A stretch of DNA of 63,645 nt, counting the filler, from Chrysochromulina tobinii (lineage: Eukaryota), in NCBI GenBank assembly GCA_001275005.1. It is 7 parts of 7 records of this genome, joined end to end, with 100 filler letters (N's around TTAATTAATTAA, not from the genome) between each part and the next. Parts side by side here need not be neighbours in the genome. Positions count along the whole stretch, not along the records: positions 10,349 to 23,168 come from JWZX01000592.1; positions 23,269 to 39,916 come from JWZX01000594.1; 5 more parts are not named here. The stretch is one strand, 5' to 3'. This document shows, piece by piece, positions 21,837 to 34,663 of this stretch. Under the pieces are notes generated by a model. It did no database searches. It was not told where the DNA came from and saw only the letters and a program-made list of their open reading frames with translations. Numbering within the stretch: position 1 is the stretch's first letter; the number at the start of each line of letters is the position of its first letter. A program made the translations under genes and the position numbers.

Positions 21837-23168
21837 CTAGTTTCCAGTGCCGTTGAGCACGAGAGGAACCCACGTCCGTGCTGCCCACGTCGGTGCCCAC
21901 GTCGCATCGAGGGGCCTGAGTGCCATCCTGCACTCCTTAATCGCGGCCTCCTCGATCTTGGGCTCGTAGACCCGGGTGTCGACACCATACGTCAGCGGGT
22001 TCGATCCTGGACCGCTGTGGGCGGCGTCAAGTTCTCTGACCGTCAAATTTCCAGCCGTGCCCACAGCCTCGAGGAAGATATGCCGGAACTGCTTCGACCC
22101 GAGCTGGGGTCCTTTGGAGCCGGGTCGACCCCAGCTTAGGCCCGAGCCTGCAATGATTCGCTTCGCCCATACGTGCCCGCCAGAGAGCCCTCTCCAGAGA
22201 CTGCTCGGGAGCACGCTGCACGGTGCGTTGCCGCTCAGCCGGACCCATCCGCCGCTGATCAGCGGGAAGAGCGTATTGCCAAGCCGCCGTTGCTCGCAAT
22301 CGGAACTGGCGTCGGTCGGTGCAGCACTCTAGCCAAGAGCGCCTCGTTGCTTTCACCGCAGCACGCAGGTCGTAGTGGAGACATCAGACGGCGCCCATGA
22401 AGTTGAAGACGGCGTCCAGACGGCCGGGCGCAGTTGGCCGGTAGATATCGCGTGACTTGGGTGGGTCCGAGCTTGCATTCGTAAGAGCCCAGGTGCGGCT
22501 GTCCGCGCTGGCACTGTGTGATCGCTGGCACTGTGTGATTGCCTCAGCCATCCCGAAGATCTGAGCGGCGAGATCGCGCGGAGCTGCCCAGAAGCCATCA
22601 GACCCAGGGGCGTGGCATGCGAGCGCCGTCGTCGCGGACGGCCACCGGCACCACGGCAGCACTGGGCCAGCAAAGAGCTGGTCCGGACGTGCGTATGCAA
22701 CCAGCCCGAATCTCCGGCCGTGGGCGGCCTCGTGCCGCGCGATGGCCGCAGCGCACCACGAGAGCCCCAGAGCCATGTGCGCACCACGCGGGAAGGACTG
22801 GTTGCGGTAGTGCCTCGTGGCGCCTTGAATCTCACACAGGCTAGCTTCGGGCTGGAGGGCCTCAAGCAGCGTGTCATTCGCTTCCACGACGGCTGCGAAC
22901 GCGTTGGCATCCTCGCCGCGCCAGCCCACCGTGGTCGCTGCTATCGCGCCACTCCCGTTGAGGACCACAGCCTCGCCCAGCATGGGGCGCGACCATCCTC
23001 GCTCGAGGGCGAGCAGAATTGTTGGAATGCTGGCGGACTGCGAGCTGCGATCGCTCTTGAGGTGAAAAAAGGTACGGTGGCCATGATCAGCTTTCCGATC
23101 TGATGCGTCGGGCGCCAGCGGCCGCACAAGAAGCTGCCAATGTTGATCGAGCATGAATGGCGTCGCAA
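21837..23168 (-). pseudogene. Fragmented hypothetical gene, 5'-truncated
   Basis: Successive coding-like ORFs 22384-23154, 22259-22531 and 21837-22214 lie in different frames. A perfect 17-nt tandem duplication at 22506-22539 explains the first shift. The ARPD motif suggests a glycosyltransferase-like protein (weak). Confidence 0.4.
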
Positions 23169-23268
23169 NNNNNNNNNNNNNNNNNNNNNNNNNNNNNNNN
23201 NNNNNNNNNNNNTTAATTAATTAANNNNNNNNNNNNNNNNNNNNNNNNNNNNNNNNNNNNNNNNNNNN

Positions 23269-26200
23269 CGGAGCGGCGGCCGCGGCTGCCCGCGCCGCCG
23301 CCGCCGCCGCCGCCGCCGAGAAGGCCGCACACGCCGCCGCCCTCGCGAACGTGCACCCCTCGTCGGCGCTCACCGCCGGCGCCACTGCGCGCAGCCTGAC
23401 GCCGAGCTCCGCTCTCGAGGAGGAGACTCGCAGCCTCGAATGCTCGTACCATGGACTGTTTGCCAACGGCGTGTGCTACTGCATGGAGGGGTGGCGCGGC
23501 CCGGCGTGCCAGCTCAAGGCGTGCCCCAATGAGTGCCACGAGCGCGGCGCGTGCGTGGCGGGCCTGTGCCGGTGCAACGCAGGCTTCGAGGGAGTCGACT
23601 GTGCGGTGGTGCAATGCCCAAACAAATGCTCGGGGCTCGGCCGCTGCTATGACGGCGTCTGCCTCTGCGAGCCGGGCTACGGTGGCGACGACTGCTCGCA
23701 TCGCCACTGCCCGTTTGACTGCTCGGGCCATGGTGCGTGCGCGCACGGCGTGTGCGTGTGCCACCCTGGCTGGGGCGGCGTGGGCTGCTCACTCGCGCTC
23801 TGCCCGAACTCGTGCTCCGGCCGCGGTAGCTGCGTCGCGGGCGTGTGCAGCTGCGTGAGCGGCTTCGGCGGTGTCGACTGCGCACTGCCCGCCGCGAGCG
23901 CCACGGCAGCCAACGGCACCTTGGTCGAGGACCCAGGGAAAGACACGTGCCCGGGTGGCTGCGGAGCGCACGAGCAGCGGGGCGCGTGCATCGGCGGCCA
24001 CTGCTACTGCGCATACGGCTGGACGGGGCTCGACTGCGCACATCGGCTGCACGAAGAGACGCCACCGCCCGCGCGTCTCACGGTTCGGAAGCCACCGAGC
24101 CAGGAGCACACGAAGGGAGGCGGTGCGCGGCCTGCACACGTTGGGCCCGCGAGCTTCCTCGAGCTCGACGAGGTGTCGGAGCAGCACGTGCTCGCGCCGC
24201 GAGATCTGATGCTGCACGAGGTCACGGTGCACGAGGAGGGCGAGGAGCCGACAGAGGCGGGGTCAGGGGGCGCGGGCGCAACGGCGGCGTCGTGGGAGAG
24301 TGCTTCATCCTCGTCTCTCGAGCTCGCGAACCGTCGCCCCTTTTCAACCCCACTCATGGGCGTGTTCTTGGAGCTCGACGAGGTCGCTGCCTCAGCGGGC
24401 GCGCCAGTGCACCGCACGCCTCGTCCTGCGTGTCCCGGTGGATGCGGACTGCACGGCATATGCATCGCGTCCTCGTCGTCCTCTGCCGGTACGATGGTCA
24501 ACCGACTGCTCGCACCATCCGCCACGTGTCGATGCTATCCCGGATGGGCGGGCGGGCGTTGTGAACAGCGCGTGGGCGAACCATTCGCGCTCTTCGGCGG
24601 TGCGAGCGAGGGCGCCGGCGCCTGCGGCGCGGGCGCGGGCGCGACCGGCGTGTGCAGTGGGCACGGTGAGTGCTTTGAGGGGGTGTGCTCGTGCGAGGAT
24701 CTATGGGGAGGCATCGACTGCTCAGCACGCCTCTGCCCCTCAGGCTGCTCAGGCCACGGTTACTGCGTCGACGGCGAGTGCCGCTGTGACCTTGGCTGGG
24801 AGGGGACCGACTGCTCGGGTGAGCCGACCCCGTGCCCGTTTGACTGCTCGCGCCATGGGCGTTGTGACGGGGCGCGCCGGCGGTGCACGTGCGACGAGGG
24901 CTGGGGAGGCGAGGCGTGCGACGAGGACCTGACTGCGGCTTGTCCTGGAACGCCGCCGTGCTCAGCGCGCGGGCTGTGCTATCGCGGCCGTTGCGCATGC
25001 GACGACAGCTGGCGCGGTGAGGCGTGCCACCTGCCCACGTGCCCCAACGGCTGTTCGGGCCATGGAGCATGTACGCCCTCCGGCTGCGAGTGTTCCGAAG
25101 GATGGACGAGTGAAGACTGCTCCGTGCCAGCGTGTGCCGGCTGCCTGCACGGCGCGTGCCGCGGGGAGCAGTGCGTCTGCGAACCCGGCTGGGACGGCAG
25201 CCAGTGCGAGCGACGCGCGTGCGACCCGCTCTGCGTGAGCCCGCACGGCCGATGCGTCAACGGCACGTGTGTCTGCGCGCCGGGGTGGGAAGGATCCTAC
25301 TGCGAGCGGCAGGTGTGCCTCAACGGCTGCTCAGCCCATGGGCAGTGCGTCGCGGGGCAGTGCAAGTGTGCCGCGGGCTGGGGCGGCGACGACTGCTCGA
25401 TCGCCGACTGCGACGGCGGCAGGAAGTGTCACGGGCGCGGCGTGTGTCTCGGAGGCGTGTGCTCGTGTGCTGAGGGCTACGCGGGCGTCGAGTGCACGCT
25501 GCGGACCTGCCCGCGCGACTGCAGTGCCCACGGCACGTGCGACTCGGAGACGGGGCTGTGCAGCTGTGCGGTCGGGTGGGAGGGGGTCGACTGCGCGAAA
25601 CGCTCGTGCGACGGCGGCTGCGGCACGCACGGCGTTTGCGTCGACGGTCTGTGTGCGTGTCGGCCCGGATTCGTGGGTAAGCAGTGCGAGGCGCCCGCGT
25701 GCGCGCCGGGCGGCTGCTCAAGCCACGGCAAGTGCGTCGCGCACGCGTGCGAGTGCGCCGTCGGATGGAGAGGCATCGACTGTGCCATACCGATGGGCTG
25801 CCAATCGCATAACTGCCATGGGAATGGGCTGTGCACCAACGGCACGACATGCGTGTGCGCCCCGGGCTTTGCTCCGCCGACGTGCGAACACCCGGCCTGC
25901 CCGGCCGAATGCAGCGGCGCCGCCAACGGCGCGTGCGTGCTCGGTGTGTGCTTTTGTCGGCCGGGTCGCTTGGGTTATGACTGCTCACAGGAGGGCTGCC
26001 CGCACGACTGCAACGGCAACGGCGCGTGCCGCGACGGCGCGTGTGTGTGCTCAACGGGCTTCAGCGGCGTCGCGTGCGCCGAGGCGGATGCGACGACGCT
26101 GCTGCACCACCAGCGTCGCCACCACGCCGCCGTCGCTGCGGCCGCGTCGCCCGGCCTCGGCGCCGTCCTCGCATCCGCCGCCACCCGACCGCAGCCGGTT

Positions 26201-26539
26201 TCGCTGGTGGAGTCGGATCGTTTGGCGCGGCTCGCGGCGGCGCAGCACCCGCTCGTCGAAGCGCCGACGGCGGCCGCCGCCGCCGCGCGCGACCCGATGG
26301 TGAACCTGCGCCAGGGCGCGAGTCCGCAGCCGGTGCCGCGTCGCTACCTGCCCGTACCGTCAGGCTCGAACGACGCAGCTGCACTGCACGACGCGGCGCG
26401 CACGCTCGCGGTGCGCTGTGCGACGCGCTGCGCCGCCGGGTGCGCGCACGCCTCGTGCCCGCAGGGAGGCTCGCGCACCGCATGCCACTCGAGCTGCGTT
26501 CTCGAGTGCGTCCCCGAGTGCCTTGAGACAGAGAAGTGA
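23269..26539 (+). CDS. Tenascin-like EGF-repeat protein, 5'-truncated
   Basis: More than 20 repeats of CPxxCSGHGxCxxGxCxCxxGWxGxDC. Confidence 0.9.
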
Positions 26540-26762
26540 GAAAAACATGGCAGCGTGTCACGCCCTCGATAGGCGTCGTTTTGGTGCGAGGCGTCTTTTG
26601 TCAATCTCGGCGAGGAGAGTTGCGGAAATTCCTCGCGGAAGGCGGAACTTGCTTGAACTCGCGACGCCGATCTGCCTTCTCCCTTAAGCCGCTCGGCAAC
26701 GTCGGCGCATCTCCAGCTAACGGAGGTCGTCGCCAGGGCACAGAGCCTGTGTACAGGAAGAC

Positions 26763-27557
26763 ATGCACATCGGCACGCCATTCACGTCCAATGGCTATAC
26801 TTCGACACCCAAGACACCGGACCGGCGTACATACACGCCGCCAGTGATGATCCCTAACGCACTCGCTGCATGCGTGGCTGGAACCGGTGCTGTGTGCACA
26901 GTGGGAGCCACTGCAGTGGGTGCACCTTTCAAGGTAGCGCTGGCCTCTTACATGACCGCCTCGGTGGCCAGCTACTGCTTGAGGCGCGGCATTTTGCATC
27001 GATGGCCAAATGGCAAGCCACTGGGCGCCGCAGAGGTGCTCCGTCGACACATTCAATACGAAGACGAATGGCACATGCCCAACAAACCGGTGCTGCAGGG
27101 TCGGCTTTGGCACTTGGCGCACGTCTCAGCGTGGATCTTATTTTTTCAACCCTTTTACCCGATTCTTGAGATGGCCTTATATCCGTGGGATCTTGCGGCC
27201 TTTTGGTTCTATTACCCGTCTGCGCGCGGCGCAGGTTTGGTCATCGATAGCCGCGAGCTGCGGCGTCGCGGTAAGCGCGGATCTCGCGCTCAGGTTTTCC
27301 GTCTGGACTGGCATCGCTTCGAGCTCAATGTTGGCAAAGCGTACCCGCCACCCAACACGGGGCGCCACCCGCCGAGCATCCTCTGCAATTTGCCGCACGT
27401 AGATTTGCCGCAGCGCAGCGTACGTCACTGGCCGTGGAGGCAGCACACGGGCCGTCTCATGCGGCTGCTACCGCAGCCTTGCACTCCTGCTCCGAGTGCC
27501 AGCACAACAAACCAAGGGACTGGGAGAGAGGCGGCTGGGGTTGCGGCTCTCCAGTGA
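26763..27557 (+). CDS. Hypothetical protein
   Basis: 264-aa non-repetitive ORF with hydrophobic/aromatic segments; start uncertain. Confidence 0.55.
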   Translation: MHIGTPFTSNGYTSTPKTPDRRTYTPPVMIPNALAACVAGTGAVCTVGATAVGAPFKVALASYMTASVASYCLRRGILHRWPNGKPLGAAEVLRRHIQYEDEWHMPNKPVLQGRLWHLAHVSAWILFFQPFYPILEMALYPWDLAAFWFYYPSARGAGLVIDSRELRRRGKRGSRAQVFRLDWHRFELNVGKAYPPPNTGRHPPSILCNLPHVDLPQRSVRHWPWRQHTGRLMRLLPQPCTPAPSASTTNQGTGREAAGVAALQ

Positions 27558-28318
27558 GTGTACGTACAACACGACAGTAGTGGTCTAGGCTCTATTCTAG
27601 TGAAGAGCTTTCAGATTCGGCGGTGTGTACGGTTCGCATGTTCCTGTGTCGACTCAAGTGCCGACTCGCGTACGTCCGCACCGCACGCGCACCACGTGGT
27701 TGGATCGGTGTGGACGGTCGGGTGCGGCGGGGTGGCTTTCGCGGCCCACGTTACGGTTGCTGGGTACGTTTTCGAATCCGAGACCCAGAGGCAGAGCGGA
27801 CTGAGCGGAGGACTGTGCGCGACCACCGCACTTTCCGACGACCTCTAACCGCGCGCACCGCACTCTGAGCCACAGACGCCAGAGATCTCTGCACTCTGGG
27901 CTGGTCTCGTGCCCCTCCACGGTCCACGCTCGGCTAGGGGCTAGGGCGCAACTCTTCCCCCACCCCAAACGCCCCAGCCCCACCCCACCCGCCCGCCACC
28001 GGATGTTGTACGGGCCTCGTGCCCACAAAAGCTTTGTGCTCCACCCTCCGCCACACGCAATCACGTGCGAGGATCCGCATCGAATGCCTTTGTGCATCAG
28101 CAACATGGCACATCTGCCCCGCCGACAGCGCCATGCGTATCCACGCTCACGCCATGGCCTCGTCCAAGTTCCCGGTTCCTCGCTCCCACGACCCGCCGAG
28201 TGCCTTCCCCTGCCGCTTTCGGCTCGCCTCTCGACGCCTCGCGCGAAGAATGCCATGGCCGCCGGCGGCAGAGGCGCCTCGAGAGCGCTGCCTTCGAGAG
28301 CGTTGCCGTGGGCGCCGT

Positions 28319-31300
28319 TCAGGGCACGGCACCGGCCGCGCCGCCCTCCTCGGGCGCCTGTTCCTCAGCGATGACTGCCGCGTACCGCTCGGCGAGCTTA
28401 CCCGTCTTGAGGTTTGTGCGCACCATCTCGCCAAACTTGGCGACCGTCTCGGCGTCGGGCAGCTTCTCGAGAGCACGCACGGCGCGCATGGCCGAGCGCA
28501 CGAGCTCATTGTGACGCTCGATCTGCTGCTTGACAGCGTTCTCCTTGAGCGTCGCCGTGAGCGTCTTCAGCAACGGATCGACCATCGCCTCGAGCGTGGA
28601 GATGACCACCGGAGCTGCGGGAGCGAGCAGCGTGAGGTCAATGAGCATGCGGTGGCACAGGAGCTTGATGTCACCGTCGTCCTTGAGCCCAGTGACCAGG
28701 TGGGTGAGGAAGGCGGAGAACTCGAGACGATCGGCGCACTTGGCGAGCAGCGTCTCCATCGTCTCAAAGGCAGCCTTGCGGATCTCGAGGCCGTCGTCCA
28801 CCGTGTGCTTGAACGGCCCCAGGTCGACCTGGTGCACGAGCTCGGGCCTCATCACCGTTTCGATATAGAGCAACGGCAGCAGCTGCGGCAGCAGCTCCTT
28901 GATAGCGAGCGGCTTGTTGTGCGCGAGGCAGTTGAGTGTCAGCACGGCGCCGCGGCGCACACGCAGGTCCGTGTCCTTGAGGGTGAGCAGGAAGCCGAGC
29001 AGAGATGCCGGCAGCGGCGGTGGCAGCGAGCCCGTGCCCAGCTCGGTCACGGCGCACCGGATGCACCCAATCACTGTCGAGCGCGTGGCTGCCGAGGGCG
29101 AGGGCAGCAGCGCCTCGAGCTGTGGCACGACCACCGCCGGCGCCACCGCGCACAGACGTCCGAGGCACTCTGCCACGACGTTGCGAACGCCCTCCTCGTC
29201 GCGCTCGGCAAATGCGAGCAGCTTGGGAAGCAGCTGCGCCGCGAAGCCGGCAAGCGCGCCGCCGCCCGCGCCGAGCATCTCCTTGAAGGCGTGTAGCATG
29301 AGATAGTCGTGCTCGGACGCGTCCACTTGCGCGAGCAAGTGCGGCACGTACGCGCCCAGGTTGCCCGCGGCGATCGATCCGAGGGCGAACGAGGCGGCCG
29401 AGCGCGTGTCCTCGTCCTCGCTGGTGAAGGCATTGGTCACGGTCGCGAGCAGCGACGAGTGCGACGAGAGGTCGGTGCGCTTGCCAATCTCGCCCAGGCA
29501 AAACAGAGCGAACGCAGCGTTGGGCGCGCTGCCGCTGCTCAGTTGCCCGACGAAGCGGTCCACCATCGCGACCGACTTGGCGGGAGCGCCCTCGCAGCAG
29601 GCGGCGATGGCTTGCGAGACAGCCGCGAGCGAATGGCGCGGCACGTCCGAGGCCTTAGCCTTGGCGGGAAGCGCGAGCAGCTCAGCCGTGATCGTCTCTA
29701 GCGTGAGGCCCGACAGGTCATGCGCCACGAGCTCAGCGAAGAAGGCAAGGAGCGAGCGCAGCGCGACGCCCTGCAGCAAGGACGACTGGAGCAACAGCAG
29801 CACCTTGGGCAGCAGCACCTCCCTGAGGGGGCCCGCCATCTGCTTGGATCGCTGGGCCACGACCGTCCTGCCCAGGACGAGCGCTAAGTGCGCCACGTGC
29901 AGGTCTGCGTCCGTCACAAGCGCGGCGAGCTCCGACACGACTGCGGCCACGTCATCGTCCGTGAGGGTCTTCGCGTGGTGAAGCAGGAGCACGTTGAGCG
30001 TCGAGAGCGAGGCCTGCCGGAGCGGCCGGTTGGACTTGCGTAGGAAGGTACACAGCTCGGCGACGGTGGACTGCAGCAGCGTCTGGCCAGAGTGAAGCGC
30101 CGTGGTGAGCTTCACATCGAGCTTGGCGACGGCAATGGCGGCGAAGGTCTTGACGGCGGTGATACGCGTGATCTCGTTGTGCATGCGCTCGAGCAAGATG
30201 GGCAGGATCGTAGGCAGCTGCACCGCCGGGTGGTCGGCCAGCCGCGTGACAATCGCGCCCATGCACACGATCGCACACTCCTTCACCTCCTGGTCCTGGT
30301 CCTGCGCTTGCAAGCGCTTCTCGACGACAGCGTACAGCTTGTTCACGTGCGCGTCGTACGCGAACGACTTGTCGGGCGGGTTCGGGCGCAGGATGCAAAC
30401 GAGCTCCGTACACACGCGCAGCGCCTCGGCCACCGTCTTGTAGTAGCGGTCGTCGGCGAGCGCGAGCACCGAAGGGAGGACGGTGGCCACGTGAGGCTGG
30501 AACGTAGACGGCTTGTGCGTGGCGAGGCACAGGCGCAGGAAGGTGAGAGCCTCGATGCGCAGCGTGTTCGATGAGACGTCGGCGAGCGCCTTCGCAATGC
30601 CCGGCACGACACTCGCCGCGTGCGCCTCGAGGCAGCCGGGCAGCGTCGACGCGAGCTGGCGCACGCAATGGAATGCCGCGACGCGCGTCTTCTGCGACTT
30701 CTCCTTGAGCTGGCGCACAGCAGCCTTGACGACGCGGGGCACCTCCGCGAGCAGCAGCGCCGCCGCCGTCGCGCCCGCGTCATCCACCGCCATCGCGTCC
30801 ACCCCCATCTCGCCCTCGGGCGAGCGCGTCACGGCCACCTGCATCATCAGATCGTTGAACGTAGCGAACACATCCATCTTGACATTCTCCTCGCGCTCGG
30901 CGAAGCGTCCAATGAGCGCGGGCGCGTACTTGGGAAGCAGCTCCTCGAGCCGGTCGGGGCGCGAGAGGACGAGCGACGAGAGCAGCTTGGCCGCCGCGCG
31001 CCGCACTGGGGGGGGGGGCGGGCGAGGGGGGAGGGGGGATGGACAGTCGGGAGGATAGCCGAGGATAGCCGAGGAATGGCGAGGAATGGCGAGGGCGGGC
31101 GATCCCAGCTTAGGTTGAGGGGGTAGCTAGCTACCCCCTTTTCCATAGGGGCGGATGCGCACCCTTCCACGAGACATCATCATCGTCCGAGTAGTTCCCG
31201 GCGTCCTCGTCCTCCTCATCCTCCATGTCGTCGGCCTCCTCCATCTCCTCGTCGCCGTCGGCCGCATAGTTGGGGTCGTACGACAGGTAGGCAAGCGCCG

Positions 31301-32352
31301 CCTCGCCCACCCTGTCGTGAAAGGCGCCCACCTCCTTGGGGCAGCGCGCCACGAAAGCCTGGCACGCGACGAGGCACAGGACGGGAATGAGCGCATGGGG
31401 CACGGGGGCACCGAACCGGAGCTCGCCACTAGGTGATGGCGCAGCGGGTGGGTCTGTCGAGCAGGCCAGTGGGCTGCTACGCTCGCTCGCACGCTTGCGC
31501 CGGAGGACGCACCTCGAGCGCCTGGAGACATGACTCGATCATCTCGGCGTCGTCGGTCGAGTAAGCGGGCATGCACTGGTCCAGCACCAGAGGCACGACC
31601 TTGCCGAGCTGCTTGCCCAGCCGGTAGCCACCCGACCGCGAGATGGCCGCCAGTGTCGAGATGTACGTGCGACGCAGCTCAGGCTTCAGACCGACGGTGC
31701 CCACCTGCGTGAAGATGTTGCCAACGAGCTGCCCCTCGAGCATGCGGTCGGGCAGCGAGGCTGAGAGCGATGCGATGCACGAGATCGCCCGCTTGCGCGC
31801 CGCCGCGCGCGTCGAAGTGAGCTCGCCGAAGAGCGCGGCGAGGCACTCCTTCGACTCAGCCTCGGCCAGGCACGAAGCGAAGCGGCGGAGCAGGTCGCTG
31901 AGCACCTCGAGGCACTCGAGTTTTACCTCGAGCTTGTCGCTCTGCACGCCCTCGAGCAGCCCGGGTGTGACTCGACGGATGGCCGTGCCCGCCATCGACG
32001 AGGGCATCTCGACCACCATCGTCTTGAGGCCGATGGCACAGATGTCGCGTTGCTCCTCCGAGCCGGTGAGCACGCTCTTGCACAAGCTCATCATCATCTC
32101 ATCGACGTATTCCTCGTGCACCTTACGCACGAGCGGCGTGAGGCACTTGACGGCGAGCGACTGCACATCGGAGGACTGGTCGTTGATCAGGGCAAGCAGG
32201 CTCTTGCACATGCGGCGCTCACCGTCCGAGTCGGGCTTGAACGAGTCCTTGGAGAGCTCTGCGAACAGGTCGGAGGTGGCCATGTACCGGAAGTCCTTGT
32301 CGCGATTCTCCGTCTTCTCCAGGAGCGAGCTGAGCGCGAAGGAAGACGACAT
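28319..32352 (-). CDS. CAND1: Cullin-associated NEDD8-dissociated protein 1; exons 32352-31513, 31358-31163, 31005-28319
   Basis: DKDFRYMATSDL, VQSLAVKCL, YLSYDPNY, DDDDVSWKVRRAAAK, RFAEREENVK, NEITR, EEGVRNVVAECLGRL, DLGPFKHTVDDGLEIRKAAFE; two GT-AG introns preserve frame. Confidence 0.96.
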
Positions 32353-32514
32353 CGTGTTCTGTCGCCGATGCCGCCGCTGAATATGTTTGCGTTTGCGAGC
32401 GAGCACGCAAACGCGAGACACGCTGGCAAGGCGTACAGGCTAGAAAGTAGGGGGTGTGTCTGTGGTGTCTATGTGTTTTCACACCTGACGAAATTCCGAA
32501 CTTTTCCGCCGGAA

Positions 32515-33012
32515 ATGTGGGCTCTTTTGATCGCCAGCGCAGCGTGCACCCCGCCCGATTGCGACCGCCCCGATTATGGTTCCTGCGGCGTTGCGTGCTG
32601 CAAGCTCTTGGTCCACTTTCCGAACCTTTCGTCGGTCGCACTCATGCAGAAGCTGAACACCTCCCTCGCCATGGGAGGTCCGGACGCACACTTCACACTA
32701 AAGCCGACGGCCGAGTCGCCCTACGGTTTCGGCGATCTGCGCCCATACCATCCCGATGCCGCCTCTTTCATTGGTCAGGCGTGGCACCTCACGGAAAAGG
32801 CGACGTACAATGACACGCTCAACTTCCTCATCCTGAAAGACTCCCCAAATGCAACGATGCGCGCGTTCTCGATCAGTCAAATCGGAGGCGCGTACGGCGA
32901 CGACGGCCAAAATTACAAGAATATTGCGGTGCTTCTCAAGAGCCTCAACGAATCGTACACGGAGCTGGAGCACCAGGGCTGCGATCCGGCGCCCAAAGCC
33001 CACCAGATGTGA
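32515..33012 (+). CDS. Small putatively secreted Cys-containing hypothetical protein
   Basis: MWALLIASAAC hydrophobic start, CDRPDYGSCGVACC, SISQIGGAYGDDGQNYKNI; divergent from CAND1. Confidence 0.7.
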   Translation: MWALLIASAACTPPDCDRPDYGSCGVACCKLLVHFPNLSSVALMQKLNTSLAMGGPDAHFTLKPTAESPYGFGDLRPYHPDAASFIGQAWHLTEKATYNDTLNFLILKDSPNATMRAFSISQIGGAYGDDGQNYKNIAVLLKSLNESYTELEHQGCDPAPKAHQM

Positions 33013-33365
33013 TCTTCTTACAGTAACTCATACTCTAAGGTACCGAGCAGAATGATCAGCAGTTCACGGCGCATTCACGTTCAGCTTTCGTAATTTTATA
33101 CAATTTTATACCACTCTCACCGACCCAAGCGATGCGGTCGTGATGTGCGCTGCACGCGCAGCGCGCGTGGCGATCGCTGATCGCGCACGCACACTGTGGC
33201 ACACTCGCACGGGCGGTGGCACATAGCTTTCGCACAGACGCACACGCGGCCTCCACACCACCACACCGCGGCACCCTCTCGGCTTCTTTGAGATGCGCGC
33301 CTTGCAAGCGCCACAGCCCACACCTAGCACGCCGTCTCTACGCCCTGCTTCGCGCACGCCGCGGT

Positions 33366-34463
33366 CTAAAGCAACATGGGCTCTTCCCCCCTCGCGCCCG
33401 CCGCCTTCTGCTTTTCCTTCTCGAGCCTCTTCTCGTTCTCCCTCCTGGCCTTCTCTGCAGCGAGCTTCAACTCGTCGCGAAGGTCTTTGGCGCTCATCTC
33501 GTGCAACGCCATGCCGGAGGCACGCGCCATGGACACGCGCGCCGCATCCGCGAGCAGCTTACCATCAGCCTTTTGGGCCTCGTTGGGTATCAGCGCCGGC
33601 AGGAAATCGACCTCGATGACCAAAGACGGGTTTGCGAAGAGTGAGAGTAGATGCTCTGGTAATGTTGAGAGGAAGGCATGCATGTTGAAGTGCCTGTACT
33701 TGTACTGCAGCACGACCGGCTGGACGCTCGAGCCGCCCTCGAAGGCGCCCGGGAAGAAGCCGAGGATCGTGCGCCCGTTGTGTGTGATGCCCTCGGGGAA
33801 GAGAGCGATCGGTGCGTCGTCCACACCTGGCTGAAACGTGCGCTTGTGCTCCAGAATCTTCTCGCGCACGGCCGCGGTGGCCGAAGGCGCCTTGGGCGCG
33901 TCGGAAGCGGCCGTGGTCGCGCGGGTGGCTTTCGCTCCCTCCGCGGTGCCGATGGTGCTCGCGCTCGGTACTGGCACCTCAAGCGCACACGCAACCCGGA
34001 GCAGTGTCTTGACGACGGGAATCTTCGTGTACGCCTCCATGATGATAGGCCGTGGGAAGCCGAGCACCATCCACAGGTAGGCATCGGTCATGCCCACATG
34101 CGGCGCACACACGATCACGGGGCACGTCGGATCCCACTCGCCACGCACAGTCAGGTTGCCCCACCAGCAGCCAAAGGTGGCGAGGCACCCGCGTCCGATG
34201 ATGCCGACGGCCGCCTTTGAGAAGCTCCGCCGCCAGCCGCTGACCGGCTGGCCTTTAGGCAAGCCCAACAGGGCCAAGTTGCACGGCACGAGCAGCGCGA
34301 GCATCAGCAGGAAAAAGGAGACCGCCCGTAGCATCCAGAGCACGACGAGGAGCGGCGATAAGAGTGGCACAAAGATGTAGAAGCAGATGCGCTGGCAGAG
34401 CGTTAGGCGTTCCTCAGCTTTGGCATACGGGTGCGGTTCACGCGTCGTGCGCACAGTGGACAT
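33366..34463 (-). CDS. Lysophospholipid acyltransferase (LPCAT/PlsC family)
   Basis: Catalytic HxxxxD (APHVGMTD), LFPEGITHNG, GAF..G..VQPVVLQY, N-terminal TM. Confidence 0.88.
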   Translation of the reverse strand: MSTVRTTREPHPYAKAEERLTLCQRICFYIFVPLLSPLLVVLWMLRAVSFFLLMLALLVPCNLALLGLPKGQPVSGWRRSFSKAAVGIIGRGCLATFGCWWGNLTVRGEWDPTCPVIVCAPHVGMTDAYLWMVLGFPRPIIMEAYTKIPVVKTLLRVACALEVPVPSASTIGTAEGAKATRATTAASDAPKAPSATAAVREKILEHKRTFQPGVDDAPIALFPEGITHNGRTILGFFPGAFEGGSSVQPVVLQYKYRHFNMHAFLSTLPEHLLSLFANPSLVIEVDFLPALIPNEAQKADGKLLADAARVSMARASGMALHEMSAKDLRDELKLAAEKARRENEKRLEKEKQKAAGARGEEPMLL

Positions 34464-34663
34464 CAGCAGCGTGTCGTCGCGCGGCGGCGCGCATGTGAAG
34501 AGGACTCCCCGCATTCGGGGACAGCGGGTGAGAGTTATCGGCCGCCTGCCTCCACGTTCCACCGAACTTGGCCGAAAATGGCGCCTGAAAAGTCGGGGCG
34601 AATCTTTTGCCGAGATCGACGAGACATCAGCTACCTAACAGTAGCTTTTGGACACAATTGTAT

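Noticed and set aside
28319..32352. CAND1, the Skp1-like fusion and RING genes as a ubiquitin gene cluster
   Set aside because: The Skp1-like fusion, the SNM1-RING gene and CAND1 are on different contigs. Only the RBR-like gene shares CAND1's contig, with unrelated genes between.
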